Shown: positions 1 to 9,136 of the stretch, piece after piece
How positions within the stretch are numbered: position 1 is the stretch's first letter
Layout of the letters: each line of letters starts with the position of its first letter
NCBI GenBank assembly: GCA_964613545.1
Contig: CAZTHH010000001.1
Location: 1 to 39,593 of the forward strand
DNA: 39,593 nucleotides
Direction of reading: 5' to 3'
Source: an uncultured Candidatus Saccharibacteria bacterium
GTDB taxonomy: Bacteria; Patescibacteriota; Minisyncoccia; Phycocordibacterales; UBA9973
The notes under the pieces: generated by a model
What the model was told of the DNA's origin: nothing
Database searches by the model: none
Seen by the model: only the letters and a program-made list of their open reading frames with translations
Position numbers and translations under genes: made by a program

Positions 1-24
1 CTATCCCGCACAAACGTTTCAAAA

Positions 25-1521
25 ATGAAACAAACTCAAACAACAATAAATAAGGAGAACATACCAAACTATGTTACACATGTAACAGAAACACTCGAAA
101 ATGCTGGTTTTGAGGCTTTTATTGTGGGTGGTTGTGTACGAGATCTTATCTTAGGCAGAGAGCCGAAAGATTGGGATATTACGACAAATGCGACCCCAGA
201 AGCGATAATCCCTTTATTTGAAAAGACTATTTACGAGAATGCCTTTGGCACAGTAGGGGTTTGCGTACCAAAGGATGTTACACAAGAAACATTAGAATAT
301 TATATCGTAGAAGTAACCCCTTACCGAGAGGAGAGCAATTACACCGACAACAGGCATCCGGAGAGTATTTCTTTCTCAAAAGATATAAAGGACGACCTAA
401 AACGCCGTGATTTTACAATAAATGCTTTAGCCTACAGCGTTTCACAGGATTGTCTAATAGACAACTATAAAGGACAAGAAGATATAAAAGACAAAGTAAT
501 TAAAACAGTAGGGAACCCAGATGAGCGTTTCCAAGAGGATGCACTCCGCCTTTTGCGGGCAATTAGGTTTTCCACAGTTTTGGACTTTGCCATAGAAGGG
601 GAGACATTATTAGCAATTGCTCAAAATGCCCATCTTATAAAAAATATTTCACAAGAAAGAATCCGTGATGAATTCACAAAAATTATAGACAGCCCTCATA
701 GTGCACGAGGAATTGGCCTCCTACAAAAATTAGGGCTCTTAAAACATATTATTCCAGAACTAGAAGAGGGAATCGACTGCCACCAGGGTGGAGCACATAT
801 CTATGATGTATTCGAGCATCTCCTCGGCGCTCTCCAACATGCCACAGAAAAAAAACTGCCGACAGTGCTTCGCCTTGCAGCGCTCTTTCATGATATTGGT
901 AAACCTCGAACGAAACGAACCCCAAGCAATAAAGCAAAGCCAACTTTCTATGGACACGAAGTTGTGGGTGCACGCATGGCGGACAAAATCATGAATCGCC
1001 TAAAATACCCAAAAGATATTACCGAAAAAGTAGTGAAGCTCATTCGCTATCATATGTTCTTTTCTGATACAGAACTCATTACACTCTCTGCGGTACGCCG
1101 AATTATTGCAAATGTAGGAACAGAAAATATCTGGGATCTTATGACAATCCGCGAGTGCGACAGGGTAGGAATGAACAAAACAGAAGCCCCATACCGCCTC
1201 CGCAAATACCATGCCATGATAGAGGAAGCGCTCCGTGATCCAATTTCCGTAAAACAGCTTAAGGTAGATGGAAACTACCTCATGAACACACTAAACATAA
1301 AAGCCGGACCCCGCATGGGCTGGATACTAAATGCACTCCTCGAAGAAGTACTCGATGACCCTACAAAGAACACCCTGGACTATTTAAGTGGTAGAGTAGG
1401 GGAACTCGACCCCTTCTCCGATATCGACCTCCGCGCGCTCGGCGAACAAGGCAAAGAAAAGAAAGAAGAACTCGAAGGTGAAGAAGTAGACAAACTACGA
1501 AAAAAGCACGGTGTAAAATAA
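25..1521 (+). CDS. cca: CCA-adding tRNA nucleotidyltransferase (nucleotidyltransferase head + HD domain)
   Basis: 498-aa ORF. N-terminal GGCVRDLILGREPKDWDITT and RRDFTINA motifs typical of the poly(A) polymerase/CCA family. HD-type LFHDIGKP region. Hairpin terminator follows. Confidence 0.9.
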   Translation: MKQTQTTINKENIPNYVTHVTETLENAGFEAFIVGGCVRDLILGREPKDWDITTNATPEAIIPLFEKTIYENAFGTVGVCVPKDVTQETLEYYIVEVTPYREESNYTDNRHPESISFSKDIKDDLKRRDFTINALAYSVSQDCLIDNYKGQEDIKDKVIKTVGNPDERFQEDALRLLRAIRFSTVLDFAIEGETLLAIAQNAHLIKNISQERIRDEFTKIIDSPHSARGIGLLQKLGLLKHIIPELEEGIDCHQGGAHIYDVFEHLLGALQHATEKKLPTVLRLAALFHDIGKPRTKRTPSNKAKPTFYGHEVVGARMADKIMNRLKYPKDITEKVVKLIRYHMFFSDTELITLSAVRRIIANVGTENIWDLMTIRECDRVGMNKTEAPYRLRKYHAMIEEALRDPISVKQLKVDGNYLMNTLNIKAGPRMGWILNALLEEVLDDPTKNTLDYLSGRVGELDPFSDIDLRALGEQGKEKKEELEGEEVDKLRKKHGVK

Positions 1522-1551
1522 AAGCCAATCAATATGATTGGCTTTTATTTT
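1521..1551. terminator. Bidirectional intrinsic terminator between convergent cca and Cys-rich gene A
   Basis: AAAGCCAATC (1521-1530) / GATTGGCTTT (1536-1545), a 10-bp stem with 5-nt loop. A-run lies upstream and T-run downstream. Confidence 0.75.
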
Positions 1552-3335
1552 TAGACTACTTCTTGCTGGTAGCAGGATTCACAGTAGACAATGTCTCCAT
1601 CTTTAGGATTGAACCCTGTTCTGAACGTTTCGCAACAAGGAGCATCTCCGTGAGTATGCTTGGCAGTATTTGTAAACTGACCTGTCTCATCCGCAGAACC
1701 ACCACACATACAATTTCTTTCGTAGAGCTCCAGACCAAGACGGAAGTGGAGTCGCTCCATGGTGCGGCAAGAAGGGCAGAGTGTTGGAAGTGGCACACCG
1801 ATATTTTTATAAAAAGCTAATTCATCGGCAAGAATCCGAAATGCTTTTGTGCAGTTGTGATTACAATTTGTTTCGTGAGCGCACTCAATAATTTCTGAAG
1901 TGATTGAATCACTAACTTCTTCTATATTGTTTGGAATATTTTCTGAAGTCAGAGTCGGTACATAAGATTTAGTATCTTGATCACGCCAGCGGTAACCTTT
2001 TTCTATCGCTTGTTCTTTTGTAAGAGGGAAATATTCTTGCGCGAGAGTTTCATTGTATGCCCAAGGACTCATCTCTACTGGAAAATACTCTCCATATTTA
2101 TACTCACGACCAGCTTTATCAACATATGGCATTTCCTCCATATGCTTTTTTATTTTCTCTACCATTATTTTATATTCCTCCTTTGTATACTGTTTATTTA
2201 AAATGCAGTACTCATGCTTTCGTAAACCTACACAACCAAACAGTTCTTGGCATCCATTTGTACAATTTATTGTGTATTCAGTATCATGTACATTTTCTTG
2301 AGTTAGTAATGCAAATTTTATATTCTGCACACCAGTACCACAAGATGTAGCCTCATACACGAGCTCAGCACCATCACCCCAAATACTATAATCATAGGCA
2401 TCTTTTACTCCCGGAGTTTCCTGAAGATACTGGGAATATTTTATATTTTCACATTCACGAATTAAAAACGAATCGTGCACATTTTTAGAATTACCGACAT
2501 ATGAACCATCACAATCAAAGTTCTTTATCCCTTGATGATATTTATTTGGGAACTTTTTCCAGAAAGCACTCGTATCGCGTATGGCACGATCAAGGCCCTC
2601 CTTTGTATGGAGCATGTATTCTTTTACTTTTTTATTATATTCCTCTTTTGAAAGTTGCTCGTTGAAGAAACAGTAACTTTTATTTCGTAAGTTCACACAA
2701 CCAAAACAATTAAGGCATCCTTGGCAATCACGAGAAAACCACAAATCACTCGACTCTACACATTGAGAGCAAAAGTTTGCACGGTAGCAATTCGCAAGCC
2801 AAAAAGATTGGTAGCTCGATTCTGTTTTTGAAATGTGAGAACAGTCCACGCAATCCCGAGAAAAATTTACTCCATTAGAATACATAGAATCTTCCGGACT
2901 TGTCGCGTTGAATACGAGATAACAATTTTTCGGGTCAGTCGCATTATTTGAGTACTCGCTATCCACTCCGCGGATTACATTGTTTGCCTTGAACGGCACC
3001 TCGAGCATAAGTTCGTACAGCTGGGCGAGAAATGGGCGAGACCAATCTATCTCACGCCCATAATTCATCGGATCCCATTCGTCAGAAAGCCAGAAATCGC
3101 GCTCATACACCTTCACCGGAGACTCGTTTGAATACATAGAGAAAATTTCCTTCCCAGAATAATCACTCTTCCTCTTGTATAAACCTCTTTCGTTTCGAAA
3201 AGCCAGCCGTCTTTGCGCCCGGCACATCGGGCAGAAAGTCGGATGGGGGACATTCATGCGCTGATAAAAAGAAGCATCATCACCATAAATAATAAAGTTT
3301 TTGTCACAATTTTTGCAAATTTTAGTTTCTTCCAT
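1551..3335 (-). CDS. Cysteine-rich multi-zinc-ribbon protein, paralog A (function unknown)
   Basis: 594-aa ORF with 33 Cys. CxxC...CPxCR zinc-ribbon modules at both termini. Internally duplicated Cys-periodic core. Clear paralog of ORF 4213-5925. Confidence 0.85.
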   Translation of the reverse strand: MEETKICKNCDKNFIIYGDDASFYQRMNVPHPTFCPMCRAQRRLAFRNERGLYKRKSDYSGKEIFSMYSNESPVKVYERDFWLSDEWDPMNYGREIDWSRPFLAQLYELMLEVPFKANNVIRGVDSEYSNNATDPKNCYLVFNATSPEDSMYSNGVNFSRDCVDCSHISKTESSYQSFWLANCYRANFCSQCVESSDLWFSRDCQGCLNCFGCVNLRNKSYCFFNEQLSKEEYNKKVKEYMLHTKEGLDRAIRDTSAFWKKFPNKYHQGIKNFDCDGSYVGNSKNVHDSFLIRECENIKYSQYLQETPGVKDAYDYSIWGDGAELVYEATSCGTGVQNIKFALLTQENVHDTEYTINCTNGCQELFGCVGLRKHEYCILNKQYTKEEYKIMVEKIKKHMEEMPYVDKAGREYKYGEYFPVEMSPWAYNETLAQEYFPLTKEQAIEKGYRWRDQDTKSYVPTLTSENIPNNIEEVSDSITSEIIECAHETNCNHNCTKAFRILADELAFYKNIGVPLPTLCPSCRTMERLHFRLGLELYERNCMCGGSADETGQFTNTAKHTHGDAPCCETFRTGFNPKDGDIVYCESCYQQEVV

Positions 3336-3341
3336 AACTAT

Positions 3342-3369
3342 ATATTACAATACTAAAAATAAAAAACAA
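3342..3369 (-). promoter_or_regulatory. Candidate promoter of Cys-rich gene A (TTGTTT-16-TAATAT, -10 box 6 nt before ATG)
   Basis: On the minus strand TAATAT = 3342-3347 and TTGTTT = 3364-3369. The ATG at 3335 lies 6 nt downstream of the -10, implying a leaderless transcript. Confidence 0.45.
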
Positions 3370-3385
3370 GTATAATCTGTATAAA

Positions 3386-3418
3386 TTGTTGACAAATTTT
3401 CAACAACTTTGATATAGT
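3386..3418 (+). promoter_or_regulatory. Promoter of TrmB-like gene with overlapping palindrome (operator candidate)
   Basis: TTGACA 3389-3394, 18-nt spacer, TGaTATAGT 3410-3418, ATG 6 nt further. Inverted repeat TTGTTGA (3386-3392) / TCAACAA (3400-3406) overlaps the -35. Confidence 0.55.
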
Positions 3419-3424
3419 AAGGCT

Positions 3425-4186
3425 ATGTTAGAAAAGACGCTAAATGAGCTTGGGCTAGGAAATAAAGAGATAGCGGTATACAAGCTAATACTTGAGCATG
3501 GGAAAATTGCTCCAGCACTTCTTTCACGGCTCGCAAAAATAAATCGTACTACTATATATAGTGTAGCGAAGGAATTAAAAGAAAAAGGTTTAATCGTGGA
3601 GGACCTCGGAGGGAAGACGCTCTATTATTTGCCCGTACAAGAAAATGAATTAGAAAAGATTATAAAGAAGGAACAGGAAAATTTAAATAAAAAACAAAGT
3701 TCAATTAAAGACCTACAAGAATTTTTAAAAAATGCTCCTGGGTCTAAAACGTATTCTGTGCCAAAGATACGATTTGTAGAAGAAGCTGATATAAAAGAAT
3801 ACCTTCACACCGCTTCACCGAAATGGAATGAGAATATGCTGACGGCAGATACTACATGGTGGGGTTTTCAGGACCATACCTTTGTAGAAGAGTTTAAAGA
3901 TTGGATAGTTTGGTACTGGAAAATGGCGCCAAAAGAAATAGACCTCAAGCTGTTCAGTAATGATAAAGAAATTGAAAAACATATGGTAGAACAAAAACTT
4001 GAACGAAGAAATATTCGCTTCTGGAGCGGAGAAGAAGACTTCACTGCTACGCAGTGGGTAATCGGCTCATACATAGTGCTCATCGTTACAAACCAAAAGC
4101 CCTACTACCTTGTAGAAATTCACGATTCAGTCCTCGCTCATAATATGCGCACACTATTCAAACGCATGTGGAAAGACACAAACTAA
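3425..4186 (+). CDS. TrmB-family winged-helix transcriptional regulator
   Basis: 253-aa ORF. The N-terminus (LGLGNKEIAVYKLILEHGKIAPALLSRLAKINRTTIYSVAKELKEKGLIVE) has the TrmB-type wHTH pattern, followed by a coiled-coil linker and a C-terminal domain. Confidence 0.75.
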   Translation: MLEKTLNELGLGNKEIAVYKLILEHGKIAPALLSRLAKINRTTIYSVAKELKEKGLIVEDLGGKTLYYLPVQENELEKIIKKEQENLNKKQSSIKDLQEFLKNAPGSKTYSVPKIRFVEEADIKEYLHTASPKWNENMLTADTTWWGFQDHTFVEEFKDWIVWYWKMAPKEIDLKLFSNDKEIEKHMVEQKLERRNIRFWSGEEDFTATQWVIGSYIVLIVTNQKPYYLVEIHDSVLAHNMRTLFKRMWKDTN

Positions 4187-4210
4187 AAACCTCCATTCGG
4201 AGGTTTTTAG
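4186..4210. terminator. Bidirectional intrinsic terminator between TrmB-like gene and Cys-rich gene B
   Basis: AAAACCTCC (4186-4194) / GGAGGTTTT (4199-4207) with 4-nt loop. Flanked by an A-run and a T-run. Confidence 0.75.
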
Positions 4211-4212
4211 TT

Positions 4213-5925
4213 TTACACCATTTCCTGCTGATAGCATTTTTCGCAATAGATAACTTCGGGGCGGTCTGGTGAAAATGCGGTGGTTACAGAAGCATCGCAC
4301 TTTGCGCAATGACGTTCGTAGAACTTTGGAATATTTATTTTTGCAAAGCGTGCACTGTCTCTACATTTTGGGCACTGATTCGGAATAGGGAGATTGAGTC
4401 TTTGCAAAATGCTGTACTCGAGCTGAATTACTTTATACTTTTTAGGACAAGTCGTGCAGGAAATAATCTCGTCGAGTATTTTGTCTCCTGATTCTGTAAG
4501 TGTCTCAGGAAGATCATTTCCAGTAATAGTCGCTTCAATATTCGCCTCTGGCTCTTCATGCCAAAAATATCCTTCACTTTCAGCCTCTACTTTTGTTTTT
4601 GGGAAAAATTTCTGTGCATTGGATGTATTATAAGCAAACTTACTAAACTCAGGTGGAAAAAATTCTCCGTAATAATACTTTCTCCCCAGTGCATCCACAT
4701 AAGGATTCTTCTTCATGTCTTCCATAATTTCGGCACAAAGCTTTTCGTAAATTTCTTTATCATACACTTTATTTAAAATTGCATATTGTTTCCGCTTTAG
4801 ATTGGCACAACCAAAATTATTTTTGCCAGCGATTGCCCAAATAGAATATTCTGTATTCATTACATCGGGAAAACAATAGCAAGAAAACTTCACATTACTC
4901 ACATTATCTCCAATATTTGCTGATTCATATATAAGATTTGCATTGTTACCCCAACCAGAATAGTCCACGCAATCTCTCGCTGGTGCCACCGTAACGAATT
5001 GGCAATTTTTACAATCTTCAGTACCATTTGATATATACATGTTTTCAGAATTTTTCGCCTCGTATACATACTCACCAGTAGTATTTAAATTAAAAGTATT
5101 TCCAGAATATGCACGATAAGGAAACTGCTTCCAAAATTTTTCAGCTTCAACTTTAATTGTTTTAATTCCAGACCTCGTATCAAGTTTCATTTCTTTTATC
5201 TTTGCCCCATAGTCTTCCTTGGAATATTTCACGTTAAAAATATGGTAAGAAGCGCCACGCAAATTTACGCAACCCACACAATTTGTACAACTGTAACAAT
5301 TACGAGAAAACCAAACATCAGTAGAAGTATCACATTCCTCAGAATACATCACTCTGTAGGATTTATTTTGTCCTATGGATTCATAACAGAGCTCTGAATC
5401 CTGCATGCGTAAACAATCAGTCGTGTCTTTCACACCATTGAGCAATGCTGAATAGCACACATTTTCACAATAATCTGCCCAGCCAGCGAGTGTACAGTTC
5501 TTGCTATACGCAATCGCATTACAATACTCACAATCTTTCAAAGTAAGATAAGTAGTCTCAAGAGCACAATATGGAGTCTTGTCACTAAGCTCTTTTACTT
5601 GTTCTAAAAAGGGGCGAGACGAATCATATTCCATTCCATATTCAGTTCCATCCCATTTATCACCCCACCAGCAAGGCTGACAATATACAGTAATATCTTG
5701 AGTTGCTGGATACATCGAGAGTGTCCGCTTATCACATAAATCACAGTTACGCCAAAACAACGAAAAACCATTCACTTTAGAAATTCTCCGAATCAATCTG
5801 CATTCAGGGCACCATGTAGGATGGGGAACATTAATTTTCTGATAGTAGAGCTCATCTCGCTCGTCTATCATAAATTCCTTTTTACAATTTTGACAGTTAG
5901 TATTCATACTGCTATTGTTCCACAT
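4213..5925 (-). CDS. Cysteine-rich multi-zinc-ribbon protein, paralog B (function unknown)
   Basis: 570-aa ORF with 36 Cys and the same architecture as ORF 1551-3335. Starts 3 nt after the xth stop codon. Confidence 0.85.
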   Translation of the reverse strand: MWNNSSMNTNCQNCKKEFMIDERDELYYQKINVPHPTWCPECRLIRRISKVNGFSLFWRNCDLCDKRTLSMYPATQDITVYCQPCWWGDKWDGTEYGMEYDSSRPFLEQVKELSDKTPYCALETTYLTLKDCEYCNAIAYSKNCTLAGWADYCENVCYSALLNGVKDTTDCLRMQDSELCYESIGQNKSYRVMYSEECDTSTDVWFSRNCYSCTNCVGCVNLRGASYHIFNVKYSKEDYGAKIKEMKLDTRSGIKTIKVEAEKFWKQFPYRAYSGNTFNLNTTGEYVYEAKNSENMYISNGTEDCKNCQFVTVAPARDCVDYSGWGNNANLIYESANIGDNVSNVKFSCYCFPDVMNTEYSIWAIAGKNNFGCANLKRKQYAILNKVYDKEIYEKLCAEIMEDMKKNPYVDALGRKYYYGEFFPPEFSKFAYNTSNAQKFFPKTKVEAESEGYFWHEEPEANIEATITGNDLPETLTESGDKILDEIISCTTCPKKYKVIQLEYSILQRLNLPIPNQCPKCRDSARFAKINIPKFYERHCAKCDASVTTAFSPDRPEVIYCEKCYQQEMV

Positions 5926-5928
5926 CTA

Positions 5929-6723
5929 TTACTTTAACTCAAGCACAATAGGGCAGTGGTCAGAGCCGAGGTAGTCGGTGAGCATTTCAGACTTTTTTAT
6001 GAGCTGAAGAAGGGGAGCTGAAACAAAGAAGTAATCAATACGCCAGCCGACGTTGCGGTCACGAGAAGAAGTCTTTTGATCCCAGTAGGTATACATGTCT
6101 TTTGTATTTGGGTGAAGTGTACGAAATGTATCTACATATCCGTGATCAATTACTTTTGTAATCCATGCACGCTCGATAGGGAGGAATCCGGTGTTCTCTT
6201 CATTTGCTTTTGGGCGAGCCAGGTCCACCGCTTCATGCGCAGTATTTACATCACCAGTAAAAATTATTTCATACCCAGCCTTTTTCTTTTTATCGATAAA
6301 TTTTAAAAATGCATCATAAAACTTGAGCTTGTATTCGAGGCGGTGCGGACCTTGCCCACCGTTTGGATAGTAGCCGTTCAAAAGAATAGTCTTTTGTTTC
6401 ACACTTCCTAATCCTTTTTCAAAATAAAGCACAATGAGTCGCCCTTCTTGATCGAGCTCTTGTATTCCTAAGCCATACTCTACTTTATCCGGCTTCACTT
6501 TTGTATACACAGCGACACCACTATATCCCTTTCTTCCTAGAGAGTGAGAGAAGTATGAATGATAGTTCTTTATGTTTCGCACTGCATCAGGAAGTTGCTC
6601 AGCTTCACACTTTGTCTCTTGTAAACAGAGAATATCCATCTTGTATTTTGCAAACAATCCATCAAAATTGCCTTGTTTCACCGTCGCCCGTAATCCATTT
6701 GTATTCCAAGAAATGAGTTTCAT
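5929..6723 (-). CDS. xth: Exodeoxyribonuclease III (AP endonuclease, EEP fold)
   Basis: Start set at MKLISWNTNGLRA (internal Met 37 of the 300-aa track ORF). Motifs ILCLQETK, GDVNTAH and C-terminal SDHCPIVLEL. TGtTACTAT -10 box (6730-6738, minus strand) lies 6 nt upstream of this ATG. Confidence 0.9.
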   Translation of the reverse strand: MKLISWNTNGLRATVKQGNFDGLFAKYKMDILCLQETKCEAEQLPDAVRNIKNYHSYFSHSLGRKGYSGVAVYTKVKPDKVEYGLGIQELDQEGRLIVLYFEKGLGSVKQKTILLNGYYPNGGQGPHRLEYKLKFYDAFLKFIDKKKKAGYEIIFTGDVNTAHEAVDLARPKANEENTGFLPIERAWITKVIDHGYVDTFRTLHPNTKDMYTYWDQKTSSRDRNVGWRIDYFFVSAPLLQLIKKSEMLTDYLGSDHCPIVLELK

Positions 6724-6863
6724 ATATGTATAGTAACACAAACTAATAAACTCCATAAAATACAAACCTTTCTCCGGTACGGATTTTTTGAAGCTTAAAA
6801 AATCCTGAAGTTTTCGGCTCGACAGCCTCAAAACCCCTACGAAAAGTTATATTTTAGTTTCGT

Positions 6864-7787
6864 TTATTTGCCTTTACCGTGGAATTTTTTGTGCACATCG
6901 CGGAGTTGGGAATCGGTGACGTGAGTATAGATCTGCGTCGTTGCAATGTTGGCATGCCCAAGCATCATTTGCACAGAGCGAATATCGGCACCATTACCGA
7001 GGAGGTCTGTCGCAAAGCAGTGGCGGATGACGTGGGGCGTAACCTTTTTTGATATACCGGCTTTCATTGCGCATTGTTTTACGATACGCTCGATGGAACG
7101 GCGGGTGAGGGAGCGAATTTCTTTTGCTGTTTCCAATTCTTTACCAACTTGCACAAAGAGTGCATCAGACATATCTTTCCGCAGTGCCATATAACTCTTT
7201 AGTGCATTCTTTGCTTCATCAGAAAGAAAGACGACACGCACCTTTCCGCCTTTTCCGCGAATAGAGAATTGGTCAGCTGTAAGATCAAGGTCATTCGTCA
7301 GAGAGCACAATTCCGAGACACGTAATCCTGTAGAAAACAGTAGCTCAAGGATGGCTTTGTCGCGCAAAGACTTTATGTCACTTCCACCAGAGGCAGTCAG
7401 CAACCGGCCAAGTTCATTTGGGGTAATAAGGTCAAGCGAACGCTCACCAACTTTTGCAAGATCAATCTCATCAGCAGTCATTGATTTAATCTTTCGGCGA
7501 GTGAGGAATTTCAGGAATACACGGAGCGCAATCATATAATAATTCTGTGTTTTTTTTGAAATAGTTTTACCTGTCTGGCGATTATTGCCAGTTGATTGGC
7601 GGTTCAGCCACAAGCGGAATTCTCGAACTTTTTCAATAGTGATATCTTCTGGCTCCTCGAGTTTAGCAAAAGCAAAAAAACGACTAAGATATTGATCGTA
7701 ATTTTCAACGGTTCGCAAAGCATTACCTTTTTCAATTTCAATATGCTCAAGGAACTCTCTTTTTAATTGGTCTAGTCGTGTCGCCAT
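6864..7787 (-). CDS. xerC: Tyrosine recombinase, XerC/XerD family
   Basis: N-terminal SAM-like core-binding domain. The C-terminus has HVIRHCFATDLL...LGHANIATTQIYTHV with the catalytic R..HxxR..Y pattern. Start taken at ATG 7787; an alternative GTG lies at 7796. Confidence 0.8.
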   Translation of the reverse strand: MATRLDQLKREFLEHIEIEKGNALRTVENYDQYLSRFFAFAKLEEPEDITIEKVREFRLWLNRQSTGNNRQTGKTISKKTQNYYMIALRVFLKFLTRRKIKSMTADEIDLAKVGERSLDLITPNELGRLLTASGGSDIKSLRDKAILELLFSTGLRVSELCSLTNDLDLTADQFSIRGKGGKVRVVFLSDEAKNALKSYMALRKDMSDALFVQVGKELETAKEIRSLTRRSIERIVKQCAMKAGISKKVTPHVIRHCFATDLLGNGADIRSVQMMLGHANIATTQIYTHVTDSQLRDVHKKFHGKGK

Positions 7788-7858
7788 ATGTCGCACAATA
7801 ATTGTATCATATATTGACTTCCCACGTCTTTTGCTTGATACTAAACAAAAAAATCAAT

Positions 7859-8239
7859 ATGAAAGTACTCACACGCACACTGATTGTTCTTTTTATTTTT
7901 TCATACAAGTTCACCCTCGCTCAAAATTGCGCACTCACTCCGGTAACATACTGCGATACCGTAGATGTATATATTCTCAAAAGCATCGTGTATAAAACAA
8001 TCAAAGGCTCTGGAAAGAAAAACGGTTTTTATTGGTATAACAATACCAAAAAAGACTGGCAAAAAATAATCCTGACGAAAGATACCACTCTAAAAGTGCG
8101 AATTAATGAAGCATCGGCAGATTGTGACAGTATACGCATCGCGTATAGTACTAAAAACCCAAAAGGAGTGATCGAACACTATACATATATATGTATCTTG
8201 AACGAAAATGGTGAACCCATTGAAAAAAAAGAAGATTAA
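7859..8239 (+). CDS. Small secreted hypothetical protein
   Basis: Start moved to MKVLTRTLIVLFIFSYKFTLAQ, a signal-peptide-like N-terminus. 126 aa with several Cys and no recognisable domain. Confidence 0.55.
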   Translation: MKVLTRTLIVLFIFSYKFTLAQNCALTPVTYCDTVDVYILKSIVYKTIKGSGKKNGFYWYNNTKKDWQKIILTKDTTLKVRINEASADCDSIRIAYSTKNPKGVIEHYTYICILNENGEPIEKKED

Positions 8240-8280
8240 GGCCCTTATGTAGCGATACAATAGGGCCTTTACTGTGCATC

Positions 8281-8309
8281 TTGCATAATTTTGCAATCCG
8301 TGCTACTAT
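8281..8309 (+). promoter_or_regulatory. rpsO promoter (TTGCAT-17-TGcTACTAT), -10 box 7 nt before ATG
   Basis: TTGCAT 8281-8286, extended -10 TGcTACTAT 8301-8309, ATG at 8317. Confidence 0.55.
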
Positions 8310-8316
8310 AAGCCCT

Positions 8317-8577
8317 ATGTTAACAACGAAGAAAAAGGCAACAATCATCAAAAAGAACCAGGTCCATGATAAGGATACAGGCTCTCCAGAAGTTCAGATC
8401 GCTATGATTACTGAGCGTATTGATGAACTTGCAACACATTTAAAGAAACACAAGAAAGATAATCACTCACGACGTGGACTTATCAAGATGGTGGCAGATC
8501 GCCGAAAGCACCTGAAACACCTAGAAAAGACAGACAAGACTCGCCATGAGAAAGTAGCTAAAAAATTAAAAGCATAA
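8317..8577 (+). CDS. rpsO: 30S ribosomal protein S15
   Basis: 86 aa from MLTTKKK. GSPEVQIAMITERIDELATHLKKHKKDNHSRRGL is the conserved S15 core. Confidence 0.9.
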   Translation: MLTTKKKATIIKKNQVHDKDTGSPEVQIAMITERIDELATHLKKHKKDNHSRRGLIKMVADRRKHLKHLEKTDKTRHEKVAKKLKA

Positions 8578-8582
8578 ATTAA

Positions 8583-8615
8583 GATACTCCCTCCTTCTGG
8601 TCGGAGTATTTTAAT
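8583..8615 (+). terminator. Candidate rpsO terminator
   Basis: ATACTCC (8584-8590) / GGAGTAT (8603-8609) stem with an inner CC/GG pair, followed by TTTTAATTT. Confidence 0.5.
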
Positions 8616-8631
8616 TTGATATACTATATAT

Positions 8632-9135
8632 ATGATAATCAAACACAAAGAACAAAGAGTCGGGGTATTTATTGATACTTCAAACCTCTACCATAGCGCA
8701 AAGAACCTCTACAAACGTAAAGTGAACTTCGGAGCAGTATTAAAAGACGCAGTTGCGGGGCGTAAGCTCGTCCGCGCTACTGCATATGTCATCACTAGTG
8801 AAGGCGGTGAAGAAAAAAACTTTTTTGAAGCACTTACAAAGCTCGGCATTGAAACAAAAACAAAAGACCTCCAAGTATTTTCTGGTGGGGCCAAGAAAGG
8901 TGACTGGGATGTAGGTATCGCCGTCGATGCAATGAAAATGGCACCACGCCTTGATGCCGTCATCCTCGTCGCAGGGGACGGAGATTTTATCCCGCTCGTA
9001 GAATATTTACAGAATACTCATGGGACACAAGTTGAAGTAGTCTCATTTGGTAAATCTGCCTCAATGAAATTAAAAGAGGTTGCTGATGATTTCCTCGACC
9101 TTTCGGTAAGTCCACAAAAATATTTAATTCGATAA
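8632..9135 (+). CDS. NYN-domain (LabA/DUF88-like, PIN-related) protein
   Basis: 167 aa. VGVFIDTSNLYHSAK ... DWDVGIAVDAM ... ILVAGDGDFIPLVEYL matches the acidic-residue pattern of the NYN/LabA family. Confidence 0.75.
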   Translation: MIIKHKEQRVGVFIDTSNLYHSAKNLYKRKVNFGAVLKDAVAGRKLVRATAYVITSEGGEEKNFFEALTKLGIETKTKDLQVFSGGAKKGDWDVGIAVDAMKMAPRLDAVILVAGDGDFIPLVEYLQNTHGTQVEVVSFGKSASMKLKEVADDFLDLSVSPQKYLIR

Positions 9136-9136
9136 T

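Noticed and set aside
5929-6831. N-terminal extensions in the track ORFs: xth to 6831, glmS to 14724, rpsO from 8281, small secreted protein from 7802, small membrane protein from 15886, helicase from 26406, 872-aa gene from 23422.
   Set aside because: The extensions lack homology-like sequence and in some cases start at TTG or GTG. The conserved N-termini (MKLISWNTNG, MCGIIGYIG, MLTTKKK) begin at internal ATGs. For xth, glmS, rpsO, the helicase and the 872-aa gene these ATGs carry a -10 box 6-7 nt upstream; for the two small proteins the internal ATG was chosen from signal-peptide or hydrophobic N-termini only.
6864-7796. Tyrosine recombinase considered as the integrase of a mobile element or prophage boundary.
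   Set aside because: It has the domain layout and motifs of chromosomal XerC/XerD, sits among housekeeping genes (xth, rpsO), and no flanking direct repeats, tRNA target or phage/plasmid genes are visible.
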